Assembly: GCA_049964535.1 (NCBI GenBank) | Contig: JBMFXG010000001.1 | Location: 1 to 49,808 of the forward strand | Length of the DNA: 49,808 nucleotides | DNA from: Acidimicrobiales bacterium | GTDB taxonomy: Bacteria; Actinomycetota; Acidimicrobiia; Acidimicrobiales; Acidimicrobiaceae | Direction: 5' to 3' | Part shown: positions 8,299-17,462 of the stretch, piece by piece | Layout: every line of letters starts with the position of its first letter | Numbering within the stretch: the stretch's first letter is position 1 | The notes under the pieces: model-generated | The model's database searches: none | What the model saw: only the letters and a program-made list of their open reading frames with translations | Told to the model about the DNA's origin: nothing | Translations under genes and position numbers: made by a program

Positions 8299-8763
8299 GT
8301 GGCCACTCCCCAAGGTCGTACAGTTTCGCTGATCCGGGGCGTACTGCGTTCACTTCGGAGTGCGCTCCGTGCGGTCCTAGGTGGCGTTCCCTTGCGTCGT
8401 GTCGAGGTGACCGGGGACTCCATGGAACCTACGCTGAGAGCGGGGGATCGGCTCGTCGTGGTGCGTTTGTCAGAGACGGTACGTCCCGGTCAGATTGTGG
8501 TGGTGCGGGATCCCCGTGATCAGCGACGTCATATGATCAAGCGTGTGGTCAGAGTTCTCCACGACCGCATTGAAGTACGTGGTGACAATGCGGATTCATC
8601 CACCGATTCGAGGCATTTCGGTTTTGTCGATCTCTCTTTGGTCGAGGGAGTAGCGAGGTACCGGTATTTTCCGGCGTCTCGTGCTGGCTCACTGGACGCG
8701 AGGAGCGTTTCAAGTGTTGAAGGAGACGGTAGTGAGTCATTCATTAGCCAGCGAACTCAGTGA
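8299..8763 (+). CDS. sodX: Ni-SOD maturation protease (S26 signal-peptidase-like)
   Basis: 154 aa. Motifs GDSMEPTLRAGDRLVV, MIKRVV and VRGDNADSSTDSRHFGFV give the S26/LexA-type Ser-Lys peptidase signature. It is divergent from sodN, as in Streptomyces. The exact start is uncertain. Confidence 0.85.
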   Translation: MATPQGRTVSLIRGVLRSLRSALRAVLGGVPLRRVEVTGDSMEPTLRAGDRLVVVRLSETVRPGQIVVVRDPRDQRRHMIKRVVRVLHDRIEVRGDNADSSTDSRHFGFVDLSLVEGVARYRYFPASRAGSLDARSVSSVEGDGSESFISQRTQ

Positions 8764-9253
8764 GATTGGGTCAACTTCTTTTACGGAGGGCCTGAGCGAC
8801 CTCAGTGTCGAAGAGGTCAGGTCGAAGAGAGACCGGGCCGTTCGTGCGGAAAATCTCCTCTCCTATGTGAGGCGCACGTTGCAAGCGAGAATCGATCTCC
8901 TGGCGGTTAGTGCAGGTCACACTGATAGCTCCGACCTAGACCTCACCGGGGAGGTCGTTCGAGTACTTGGAGATCACGGAGCTTACGGTGGAGGTGGATC
9001 TGCTCGCTTCGTAGAGGTAGAGATTGGAAGTGACGACCGAGCGTTAGCTGAAGAGTGGCTCAACGAGATGACTGCGCACGACGCGGGAGGTGCGGACTCT
9101 TTGGAGTTTTTGAACTCCGTTGAACGGGGAATATCTTCGACTCGAACTCAGTTACACGGTGTCATTGAAGTGCTCTCGGCAGAGATGGTCTCTCGCTATA
9201 AAAGTGGGGATGCGACCGTTGAAACGCTGCTTGAGCGTGAAGAACGAGCCTGA
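8732..9253 (+). CDS. RsiG-like protein (c-di-GMP-binding anti-sigma factor family), candidate
   Basis: The track ORF is 8681-9253. I prefer GTG 8732, which is preceded by GAAGGAG 6 nt upstream. The helix LSDLSVEEVRSKRDRAVRAENLLSYVRRTLQARIDLL contains an exact E-x3-S-x2-R-x3-Q-x3-D (ENLLSYVRRTLQARID, nt 8849-8896). A second helix, ERGISSTRTQLHGVIE (nt 9122-9169), matches E-x3-S-x2-R-x3-H-x3-E. The C-terminus reads ...EMVSRYKSGD. Confidence 0.6.
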   Translation: MSHSLASELSEIGSTSFTEGLSDLSVEEVRSKRDRAVRAENLLSYVRRTLQARIDLLAVSAGHTDSSDLDLTGEVVRVLGDHGAYGGGGSARFVEVEIGSDDRALAEEWLNEMTAHDAGGADSLEFLNSVERGISSTRTQLHGVIEVLSAEMVSRYKSGDATVETLLEREERA

Positions 9254-9288
9254 TTCAAGAGGTTGAGAGCTGTGACTACGGTGCGAAC

Positions 9289-10527
9289 GTGAGGATAGCG
9301 GTCGTCTCTTACCATAGCTCTCCGCTTGATCAGCCTGGAAAGGGTGACAGCGGCGGCATGAACGTCTACGTTCGCCGTTTGGCCAGTGCTCTTGCGAGGC
9401 TTGGGGTGCAGTGTGATGTCCTGACGCGTCGAAGCTCGACCAGCCAGGCCGATGTTGTGACCGTAGAGCCAAACTTTCGGGTCTTTAATGTGACTGCGGG
9501 TGACCCCTCGCCTCTTCCCAAAGAAGAGCTCCTGGAGTACGTCCCGAACTTTACCGATGCCGCTCTTGCAGTCCTCACCAAGGCGGACGATGAGCGAGTT
9601 AGCGTCGTTCACGCAAACTATTGGCTCTCTGGCATTGTTGGCCACTCGCTCAAGCATGAACTTGACGTACCGTTGTTCACCTCCTTTCATACCTTAGAGC
9701 GTGTAAAGCAGGTCGGGCGAGAGCGCCCAGATGATGGCGTCGATTCGCGGGTGCGAATCATTAATGAGCAACGAGCCATGAGCTGCTCGGACGCCATCAT
9801 CGTCTCCTGCGAACCGGAGGCCCGATGGGTGAGCGAGCTTTATAGAGTGCAACCCGCTCAGGTGCGGACCGTACCACTTGGGGTGGACACGGCGTTCTTC
9901 ACCCCTGGCACGAAGGAGATGGCTCGTCGTGCGATTGGTCTTCCACTTGGATCGAAGATCATGCTTGCCATCGGTCGTATTCAGCCGCTCAAGGGCTTTA
10001 CCTTGGCGGTGGAGGCTCTCGGAGCTCTGCGTAGCCAGTTCGATCTTCACCTCGTCATCGTCGGTGGCCCCTCTGGGATAGAAGGCGTAGAGGAGTACGA
10101 GCGCCTCGTCACCATCGCTCGAGAGCTCGGCGTCTCTGATCGGCTCCACCTCGTCGATCCACAGGCACATGAGCTCCTTTCCTCGTACTATCGAGCCTGT
10201 GACGTCGTTGTGATACCGTCTCGAACCGAGAGTTTCGGACTCGTTGCACTCGAGGCCGCCGCCTCTGGTCGTCCAGTTGTGGCATCGGCGGTTGGAGGGT
10301 TAGTGTCGCTCGTGCGACATCGCCGAAGTGGACTCTTGGTGCCGGAGAGAACCGTTGAGGATTTTCGAGATGCTCTTTCAGAGATCCTCGCCTCCGACGA
10401 GCGTGCATCGTTGATGGGAGCAGGTGGTCTGAAGGTCTCTAGTGGATTCACCTGGAAGGAGAGCGCTCGAAGTTTCTTAGATGTCGTAGCATCGCTCTCG
10501 TCTCACGAGCTTCTTCGTTGTGGATAA
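9289..10527 (+). CDS. mshA: D-inositol-3-phosphate glycosyltransferase (GT4), mycothiol biosynthesis
   Basis: 412 aa. The N-terminus MRIAVVSYHSSPLDQPGKGDSGGMNVYV matches the MshA signature (HTSPLxQPGxGDxGGMNVYV). It has a GT4 C-terminal E-x7-E region (PSRTESFGLVALEAAASGRPVV) and is followed by a ybjN-like gene, as in mycobacteria. Confidence 0.8.
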   Translation: MRIAVVSYHSSPLDQPGKGDSGGMNVYVRRLASALARLGVQCDVLTRRSSTSQADVVTVEPNFRVFNVTAGDPSPLPKEELLEYVPNFTDAALAVLTKADDERVSVVHANYWLSGIVGHSLKHELDVPLFTSFHTLERVKQVGRERPDDGVDSRVRIINEQRAMSCSDAIIVSCEPEARWVSELYRVQPAQVRTVPLGVDTAFFTPGTKEMARRAIGLPLGSKIMLAIGRIQPLKGFTLAVEALGALRSQFDLHLVIVGGPSGIEGVEEYERLVTIARELGVSDRLHLVDPQAHELLSSYYRACDVVVIPSRTESFGLVALEAAASGRPVVASAVGGLVSLVRHRRSGLLVPERTVEDFRDALSEILASDERASLMGAGGLKVSSGFTWKESARSFLDVVASLSSHELLRCG

Positions 10528-11005
10528 CACGAAGCAGGTAGATCTGGTCTCGCTGGAACGACGCACAGAGCTCGTCGACTCGCTCTTGTTGTGGGCCGGA
10601 GCCAGCGTCGAAGAGGGAAGTGACATCGTTGGCACTGTGCGAGACGATGGAGATACTCGTTTTGGGATCAGACTTCGTACGCACTGTAAAGAGTTCATGA
10701 TGTTTTGGGTGGCAGTCGGCGAACGGTTCACCTCTTTTGAGACCTTCCTGATGCCATATCCCCAGAAGAATGAGGTGCTTGTCTTGCAGTATCTTCTTCG
10801 GCGCAACTACGAGATGACCTACCTGCACAGCGCTCAGCATCGTGATGAAGCGCTCTATCTCGTGGGGCGTGCGAAGACTAGCGATATGAGCAGTGAGCTT
10901 CTCGATACCTACCTAGGGGCGGCACTGGCGGCCACAGAGGAGCTCTTTCCTACCGCTATGGCGCTCGGATTTGGGAGCTCCTATCGCTATCGCCCGGTCA
11001 AGTAG
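10520..11005 (+). CDS. YbjN domain-containing protein
   Basis: 161 aa, overlapping the mshA stop. The position immediately after mshA is conserved in Actinobacteria. Sequence features (FMMFWVAVGERFTSFETFLMPYP...LLRRNYEMTY) are consistent with the YbjN-like fold family. Confidence 0.55.
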   Translation: MDNTKQVDLVSLERRTELVDSLLLWAGASVEEGSDIVGTVRDDGDTRFGIRLRTHCKEFMMFWVAVGERFTSFETFLMPYPQKNEVLVLQYLLRRNYEMTYLHSAQHRDEALYLVGRAKTSDMSSELLDTYLGAALAATEELFPTAMALGFGSSYRYRPVK

Positions 11006-11028
11006 GAGTCGAACTCTAAGCTGAAGGC

Positions 11029-11853
11029 GTGAAAGCTCTCAATCTCATCGGCGGCGGGAAGATGGGTACGGCCATTCTCGCAGGAGCTCTCGATCGGGGC
11101 CTCTATAGCGCCGAGGAGGTTGTTGTCACGGTGCGTGACCGAGTCCGAAGTAGCGCGCTCGTCCTCGACCGCTGTCCTGGCGTGGAGATATCGGAAGTTG
11201 CGGTTGCCGCTGAGACCCACCTCGTTGCGGTTAAGCCAGCTCAGGTTCGAGCGATCGTTGAGACATTAGCGAAGCAGAAGGTTGTGAGCCAGCGGCTTGT
11301 TTCGATAGCGGCCGGGGTGACGTTGTCCTCATTGGAGACTTGGATCGGCGATGGCCGTCCAGTGGTTCGAGTGATGCCGAACACCCCTGCTCTTGTCGGC
11401 CGGGCCGTTTCGGGGATCACGTACGGTAGCGCGGTTACGGAGCAGGATTGTGCGGTCGTTGAGAGACTCTTCGGCTCGATTGGGTCGGTTCACGTGGTAT
11501 CTGAAGCCCAGTTCGACCCACTGATGGCGATCTCCGGCTCCGGCCCCGCATATCTCTACCTTTTTCTGGAGGCTCTCGAGGACGCTGGTGTGGAGGCTGG
11601 ACTTCAGCGGAGCCTGGCTCGAGAGCTAGCGCTCAAGATGGTCGACGGTGCTACACGTCTTGCGCTGCAGACAGAGAGGCCCCCTCAGGAGCTTCGTTAT
11701 GAGGTGACAAGCCCTGGTGGTACGACCGCGGCCGCGCTTGGAGAGTTTGAATCCCACGGTTTTCGATCGATGGTGAACGCTGCCGTTCGAGCCTGCATTG
11801 CGCGATCTGTTCGGTTGGGTGGTGGACGAGTGGGTGAGTTACCATCTCGGTAG
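11029..11853 (+). CDS. proC: Pyrroline-5-carboxylate reductase
   Basis: 274 aa. Motifs IGGGKMGTAI, RVMPNTPALVGRAVSGI, SGSGPAYLYLFLEALEDAGV and TSPGGTTAAAL. Confidence 0.9.
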   Translation: MKALNLIGGGKMGTAILAGALDRGLYSAEEVVVTVRDRVRSSALVLDRCPGVEISEVAVAAETHLVAVKPAQVRAIVETLAKQKVVSQRLVSIAAGVTLSSLETWIGDGRPVVRVMPNTPALVGRAVSGITYGSAVTEQDCAVVERLFGSIGSVHVVSEAQFDPLMAISGSGPAYLYLFLEALEDAGVEAGLQRSLARELALKMVDGATRLALQTERPPQELRYEVTSPGGTTAAALGEFESHGFRSMVNAAVRACIARSVRLGGGRVGELPSR

Positions 11854-11918
11854 CAGAGGGACGTGGTCGGGGGCACTTTACGCTGTCTCTATCGCTTGAT
11901 CCGACGCAACTGTCGTGG

Positions 11919-12365
11919 GTGGTTATCGGGGCAGGCGCTGTAGCTACGAGACGAGTTGAGACGCTTCTCGATGCTGGAGCGAAGGTCTCAGTAGTTGCTG
12001 CGAAGCTTTCCGAGGGATTTGAGCGTCTTCGCCGTTCCCGAAGCGAAGACCTGACCGTTGCGGTTCGCGATTGCGTTCGTGAAGATTTCGATGGAGCTAA
12101 TTTCGTCGTGATCGCAGTCTCAGATCGAACCGTTGCGGCACGCCTTACCGAAGAGGCTCGTAGTCAGGGTGCGCTCGTGTGCTGCGCTACCGAGGCGGCC
12201 CTCGGAAGCGTCGCTTTTCCCGCTCTCTTTACCTTTGACGACATGACTGTGAGCGTCTCGAGTGCGGGACGAGATCCTCGACGCGCGCGACTGCTTCGAG
12301 ACTTTCTAAGAGCGGCCATTGAGCGAGATGCCTCGGTACAGCCCCAACGCGCTTCGGCCGAGTAA
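11919..12365 (+). CDS. Precorrin-2 dehydrogenase / sirohydrochlorin ferrochelatase (siroheme synthase N-terminal domain, SirC/Met8-like)
   Basis: Rossmann VIGAGAVATRRVETLLDAGAKVSVVA. The track start (GTG 11919) cuts off strand beta1. The in-frame upstream codons read T-LSLSLDPTQLSW-VVIGAG, which aligns with the usual LPLxLxLxGKxVxVVGGG N-terminus. The true start is therefore probably non-canonical (CTG 11883); see findings. Confidence 0.75.
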   Translation: MVIGAGAVATRRVETLLDAGAKVSVVAAKLSEGFERLRRSRSEDLTVAVRDCVREDFDGANFVVIAVSDRTVAARLTEEARSQGALVCCATEAALGSVAFPALFTFDDMTVSVSSAGRDPRRARLLRDFLRAAIERDASVQPQRASAE

Positions 12366-12447
12366 TCTAGAGAGGTAGAAAACCGACTGTCTCGGCAGGA
12401 GTCCCTTGTGAGCAGTGTGCGTGAGGTAGCGAAAGAGACGAGGTGCC

Positions 12448-13719
12448 GTGGCTGTTGTGACGATAACGGTCTCAGATCGTCCTTTACTCGACGTTGATTT
12501 TGAAGGCTATGCACTCTCAGAGGAGAGCTTAAGGGCTCTGAAGGCGGTGCTTGCTGCGGAGATTGGTCAGGGCCTCAATGAGTTTGTGGTGCTCTCGACA
12601 TGTGCTCGGACCGAGATCTATTTTGAGGCGCTTGAGTTCCACTCGACCGTTGACCGAATCTCGACGATCCTAGCTTTGACACTTGGTCGTTCGAAGGAGG
12701 AACTGACCCAGGTCGCCCGAGTTCACTATGGCGCTGGCGCAGCCGAGCATCTCTATCGCGTTGCCTGTGGCTTGGAGTCGCGTATTGTGGGAGAGAGTGA
12801 GATACTTTCCCAGGTGAAACAGGCCTTCGAGGCAGCTATCTCCGAGAAGAGCTCAGGTCAGGTATTGAACCGCCTCTTCCGAGAGGCGCTCGAGGTGGGC
12901 AAGAAGGCTCGATCATCGACGAAGCTTGCCACTGGGTCGACCTCCGTTGCCGCCGCCGGTGCTCGCCTCTGCCTGGAGACGATAGAGGTCGATCACTCCG
13001 ATACTCGGCCCCTCATAGCCGTTGTGGGTAGTGGAGCGGTAGGGCTTGAAGTCGTCGAGGTTCTCCTCGACCGTTCTGTTGATGTTGTAGTTGTGACTCG
13101 CAGACCTGAACGGGTTCGAGACCGTGATCGGATCGGGTCGGTCGAAGTTCGGGCGTTGGAGGACTTAGAGACGATCCTCGCGAAAGCAGATGGGGTCGTA
13201 TTCGCTACTTCGTCTCCATCGACGATTCTCGATTCTGCCATGTATGAGAAGGTCGCCCTTCATCGGGGTGGCCGTCGGTTGGCGATCGTTGATCTCTCGA
13301 TGCCAAGAGATGTGGAGATCGATGTCGGAGATGGCGAAGCCGTTCGTCTTATCGATCTGGATGGTGTCAATCGTCACGTTGAAGCTCAGCTTGGAGTGCG
13401 ACTCGATGCCGTTCAGGAGGTCGAGCGCTTTATCAGTGGGTCTTTGGAGCGATTTGCGAGTATTCACGCAGCGAGAGAGCTCTCCCCCGTGCTGCAAGCG
13501 CTCTACCAGCGTGCAGAGAACATCCGATTGAAAGAGATAGAAGCGTTTGCTCATCGCAGGACCGTTGATGATCCTGAACTTTTGGCGGAGATCGATCGAT
13601 TGACCTCCCAGGTCGTTGCGAAGTTGCTGCATGCTCCGGCGACCAGACTGCGAAAGTCGGTTGATGGTGGTCGAGGAACGGCCGCGATCGATGAATTCAA
13701 GGAGCTTTTCGACCTCTAG
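12448..13719 (+). CDS. hemA: Glutamyl-tRNA reductase
   Basis: 423 aa. Motifs VVLSTCARTEIYF, HLYRVACGLESRIVGESEILSQVKQAF and the NADPH site VGSGAVG. Confidence 0.92.
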   Translation: MAVVTITVSDRPLLDVDFEGYALSEESLRALKAVLAAEIGQGLNEFVVLSTCARTEIYFEALEFHSTVDRISTILALTLGRSKEELTQVARVHYGAGAAEHLYRVACGLESRIVGESEILSQVKQAFEAAISEKSSGQVLNRLFREALEVGKKARSSTKLATGSTSVAAAGARLCLETIEVDHSDTRPLIAVVGSGAVGLEVVEVLLDRSVDVVVVTRRPERVRDRDRIGSVEVRALEDLETILAKADGVVFATSSPSTILDSAMYEKVALHRGGRRLAIVDLSMPRDVEIDVGDGEAVRLIDLDGVNRHVEAQLGVRLDAVQEVERFISGSLERFASIHAARELSPVLQALYQRAENIRLKEIEAFAHRRTVDDPELLAEIDRLTSQVVAKLLHAPATRLRKSVDGGRGTAAIDEFKELFDL

Positions 13720-13819
13720 CATTGTCTGTGACCGGACCTTCGTTCACACAGGTGTGGAGTTGTCTGTGGGGAGGGCGCCGTGACGAATCGTCCAAGCAGG
13801 ACACGAGAGAGGTAGACAC

Positions 13820-14716
13820 GTGACACTTCGAGTTGCTACGCGGAGCTCGCCCTTGGCGCTGTGGCAGGCGCATACCGTTGGTGGTCAGCTCGGAGTTCCG
13901 TACGAGATCGTCGAGATTCACAGTGAGGGGGATCGTCGACTACGTGAACCACTCGCTGAGATCGGGGGTCAAGGGATCTTTGTGAAAGAGATCCAACAGG
14001 CAGTGCTCGACGGACGAGCCGAGATAGCGGTTCATTCGGCGAAAGATCTGCCAACGGCGAAGGTCCCAGGTCTTCAGCTTGCTGCAGTTCCTGTGCGCGC
14101 TGAGGTTCGAGATGCACTAGTTGGACAGAGTCTCGGTGCTCTTCGAAAGGGAGCGACAGTGGCAACTTCTTCAGCTAGACGTCGGGCTCAACTGTTGTCG
14201 CTACGCCCCGATCTCGTCGTTAGCGAAGTGAGGGGCAACATGGCCACTCGTCTCGCTCAACTTCCGCCAGGAGGATCGCTCTTCGTCGCAGCTGTGGCTC
14301 TCGAACGACTCGGTCTAAAGGATCGGATCGTCGAGGTGCTGCCGGTGGAGTCGTTCTGTCCCCAAGTAGGGCAAGGGGCGCTCGCGGTAGAGTGTCGTTC
14401 GGACGATTCAACATCGCTCGCGATGTTGGCGGAGATCGATCATCGGGAGTCTCATCGAGCGATTGCCGCCGAGCGGGCCATGCTGGAACGACTAGGAGCC
14501 GGCTGCACGTTACCGGTTGGCGCCTATGCAGTGAGCACCGGTGAACGTCTTGACATCCAAGGCTTTGTAGCATCTCTCGACGGCCGAGTCGTGATTCGAA
14601 TGTCTGGACATGGTGATGATCCCGTGCGTGTGGGCCAAGGACTCGGGGATGCTCTGCTCGCTCGAGGAGGTCGCGACCTCCTCGTAGAACTCGTTTCTCA
14701 AGGTAAGCAGCCTTGA
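13820..14716 (+). CDS. hemC: Hydroxymethylbilane synthase (porphobilinogen deaminase)
   Basis: 298 aa. Motifs LRVATRSSPLALWQA, GGQGIFVKEIQQAVLDGRAEIAVHSAKDLP, VRGNMATRL and GAGCTLPVGAY. Confidence 0.92.
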   Translation: MTLRVATRSSPLALWQAHTVGGQLGVPYEIVEIHSEGDRRLREPLAEIGGQGIFVKEIQQAVLDGRAEIAVHSAKDLPTAKVPGLQLAAVPVRAEVRDALVGQSLGALRKGATVATSSARRRAQLLSLRPDLVVSEVRGNMATRLAQLPPGGSLFVAAVALERLGLKDRIVEVLPVESFCPQVGQGALAVECRSDDSTSLAMLAEIDHRESHRAIAAERAMLERLGAGCTLPVGAYAVSTGERLDIQGFVASLDGRVVIRMSGHGDDPVRVGQGLGDALLARGGRDLLVELVSQGKQP

Positions 14717-16212
14717 GCAGAACCAGTGGCGAAACAAGTATCGAACCTCACTATGGCACGGTCTACCTGGTTGGAAGTGGTCCCGGCGACGATGGCCTCC
14801 TGACTCTGCGAGCCGCGGAACTACTTGCACGTGCAGACGTAGTCGTCTACGACTATCTCGTAGACTCATCGATTCTCGCCCGCTGTACAAAGACTGCTCG
14901 CAGGATTGACGTCGGCAAACGACCAAATCGGCCGACGAATCAGGACGAGATTAATGAGCTGTTGGTAGGGCTTGCTGCGCAACACGAGGTCGTTGTGAGG
15001 CTCAAAGGCGGTGACCCCTTTGTCTTTGGACGTGGTGGCGAGGAGGCCGAGGTTCTTCTCACTCGTGGCGTTCCCTTTGTGGTCGTTCCGGGAGTCTCTT
15101 CTGCGATTGCAGTGCCCGCCTATGGAGGTACTCCGGTTACCCATAGAGGGGAGTCCAGCGGTTTTGTCGTTGTGACGGGACATGCTCAGCGTGGTGGCCA
15201 TCTCGACCTGAACTGGAACGCTCTCTGTGGCCTTGATATGACCATCGTGGTGCTCATGGGAGTAGCCCACCGAGCGGAGATCGCATCAGAGCTGCAAGCG
15301 GCCGGCATGAACCCTGCGACCCCGGTTCTGGCTGTAACGTGGGGGACCACTCCTCGTCAGTCCACGGTTCGGACAACGCTGAGTGCTCTCGGCGGTAGCG
15401 AGATACATTCTCCCGCTGTCTTGGTCATCGGGGGAAGCGCAGGGGTGGAGCTGGATTGGTTCTCTCCGCCGGAGCTCGCTGGTCTTCGCGTTGTTGTGAC
15501 TCGAGGGGATGCCGAGGAAGATCGCTTAGCACGTGGTCTTCGAGCACTTGGTGCGGAGATCATCTCGTGTCCAATGTTTGAGATCGTTGAACCAAGTGAC
15601 GGTGGTAGAGCGCTAGAGCGCGCCATTGCGACCGTTTCCTCGTACGACTGGATCATCTTCTCTTCCGTGAATGCAGTCAAGAGGTTTTTGAGTAGAGTGG
15701 ACGATCTCAGAGCTCTTGGATCGACCAAGGTGGCAGCGATTGGACGTTCGACCGCCCGAGAAGTCGAGAGGTTTCGCGTCGGAGTCGACCTCGTGCCGCC
15801 TGAAGCGGTTGGGGAGTCGCTCGCAGAACTCTTTCCAGCTGGACCTGGTCGCGTCCTTTTCCCGAGAGCCGAGGTCGCCCGGGAAGTTGTGCCCACTGTG
15901 CTGCGTGCAAAAGGCTGGGAGGTCGATGTTGTTGGGGCGTATCGCAATAGTCCGGTACAGCTAGGTCCTGATGAGATCGATGAGAGGGTCTACGATCCGG
16001 AGGTCGTCGTGACGTTTACCTCGGCCTCTTCGGTTCATTCGTTTGTATCGTCGTACGACCCCAGTCTCGTACGAGGGACGATTGCGGTGATTGGGCCGAT
16101 CACGAAAGCAGCCTCAGAAGCGGAAGGGCTCGCTGTTACCATCGAAGCGAAGACTCACGACAATGAGGGCTTGGTCGAGGCCATCCGGGCCTGGCGTCTC
16201 GATCACTCCTAG
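14713..16212 (+). CDS. Bifunctional uroporphyrinogen-III C-methyltransferase / uroporphyrinogen-III synthase
   Basis: 499 aa. The N-terminal half is SUMT ([46 protein letters not shown]). The C-terminal half, from about aa 250, is HemD-like (VVVTR...FSSVNAV...TFTSASSV). TTG start overlaps the hemC stop. Confidence 0.88.
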   Translation: MSRTSGETSIEPHYGTVYLVGSGPGDDGLLTLRAAELLARADVVVYDYLVDSSILARCTKTARRIDVGKRPNRPTNQDEINELLVGLAAQHEVVVRLKGGDPFVFGRGGEEAEVLLTRGVPFVVVPGVSSAIAVPAYGGTPVTHRGESSGFVVVTGHAQRGGHLDLNWNALCGLDMTIVVLMGVAHRAEIASELQAAGMNPATPVLAVTWGTTPRQSTVRTTLSALGGSEIHSPAVLVIGGSAGVELDWFSPPELAGLRVVVTRGDAEEDRLARGLRALGAEIISCPMFEIVEPSDGGRALERAIATVSSYDWIIFSSVNAVKRFLSRVDDLRALGSTKVAAIGRSTAREVERFRVGVDLVPPEAVGESLAELFPAGPGRVLFPRAEVAREVVPTVLRAKGWEVDVVGAYRNSPVQLGPDEIDERVYDPEVVVTFTSASSVHSFVSSYDPSLVRGTIAVIGPITKAASEAEGLAVTIEAKTHDNEGLVEAIRAWRLDHS

Positions 16213-16398
16213 CTGAATCTGGCCAGAGCGCCAGGCTTGTGAGGACAGCGCAGGGAGACGCCGGTCAGAGTGGAGAGCGCGAGTGAAGGGTTCTGTTCCC
16301 GTGGGGACAGTGACGAAAGTCGGATGCGAGATAGGGTGGTGCTGAAGTACCTCGAACCGATCACTGAGAGGTCATTCGATCTCGCCTAGAGTTGAGAG

Positions 16399-17376
16399 AT
16401 GGTTTTTCCACAGTCACGCCCTCGAAGACTGCGGGCCACAGCAGCGGTCCGCTCACTGGTATCAGAGACGACTTTGAAGTCGTCGGATCTTATTGCGCCA
16501 CTCTTTGTTGCTGAAGGTATCGACCAGCCTCGGGAGATCCCCTCGCTTCCTGGGGTCTTCCAGCATACGGTCTCGTCGCTTCTGCACGAGACTCAGAAGC
16601 TGCTAGAGGTGGGTGTACGAGCGGTGATGCTCTTCGGAGTCCCTTTGACGAAAGATCAGACTGGATCCGGAGCGTGGGCACCTGATGGGCTTGTACAACA
16701 GTCTCTTAGTGCATTGCGTCAGGAGTTTGGTGATGAGCTCGTCCTTATGAGTGATCTCTGCCTAGACGAGTACACCGATCATGGGCACTGTGGCGTGGTC
16801 CGAGACGACGGATCGGTCGATAACGATGCCACGCTCCGGTTATACGCCCGCACAGCTCTGGCTCAGGCGAGGGCGGGTGCCACGATGGTAGCGCCGTCTG
16901 GCATGATGGATGGTCAGGTAGGAGCGATACGAGAGGCATTAGATGCGGAAGGGTTGAGCGAGGTGGGGATAGTGGCCTATTCGGTCAAGTACGCTTCAGC
17001 GCTCTATGGTCCGTTTCGAGACGCGGTGAACGTTGCAATTGCTAACGGGGGAGATCGACGCTCGTATCAGCAAGACTTTCACAATATCCATGACGCTCGA
17101 CGCGAGGTCCTGCTCGACATCGATGAGGGTGCCGACATGGTTATGGTGAAGCCTGCCGTGACGTATCTGGACGTTATCGCCAAAGTGCGGGAGTTCGTTG
17201 ACGTTCCAGTGTTGGCCTATCATGTGTCTGGGGAGTATGCAATGATTCAGGCCGCTGCTCGTCAAGGTTGGATCGACGGTCAAGCGGTTGCGCTGGAGCA
17301 GCTCGTGGCGGTACGCAGGGCGGGAGCGACGGCGGTACTGACGTACTTTGCTGGAGAGCTCGCCCCGCTGCTTTGA
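16399..17376 (+). CDS. hemB: Porphobilinogen synthase (delta-aminolevulinate dehydratase)
   Basis: 325 aa. Motifs RPRRLR, SDLCLDEYTDHGHCG, APSGMMDGQV, YSVKYASALYGPFRDA and MVKPA. Confidence 0.93.
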   Translation: MVFPQSRPRRLRATAAVRSLVSETTLKSSDLIAPLFVAEGIDQPREIPSLPGVFQHTVSSLLHETQKLLEVGVRAVMLFGVPLTKDQTGSGAWAPDGLVQQSLSALRQEFGDELVLMSDLCLDEYTDHGHCGVVRDDGSVDNDATLRLYARTALAQARAGATMVAPSGMMDGQVGAIREALDAEGLSEVGIVAYSVKYASALYGPFRDAVNVAIANGGDRRSYQQDFHNIHDARREVLLDIDEGADMVMVKPAVTYLDVIAKVREFVDVPVLAYHVSGEYAMIQAAARQGWIDGQAVALEQLVAVRRAGATAVLTYFAGELAPLL

Positions 17377-17462
17377 GAGGAACGTTTGCTCTGGGTTGCG
17401 GAGGATCTGTTGCTGATCGACGAAGTGTAGAACTGGCTGCGATCTTGGGAAAGGTTTGATTG

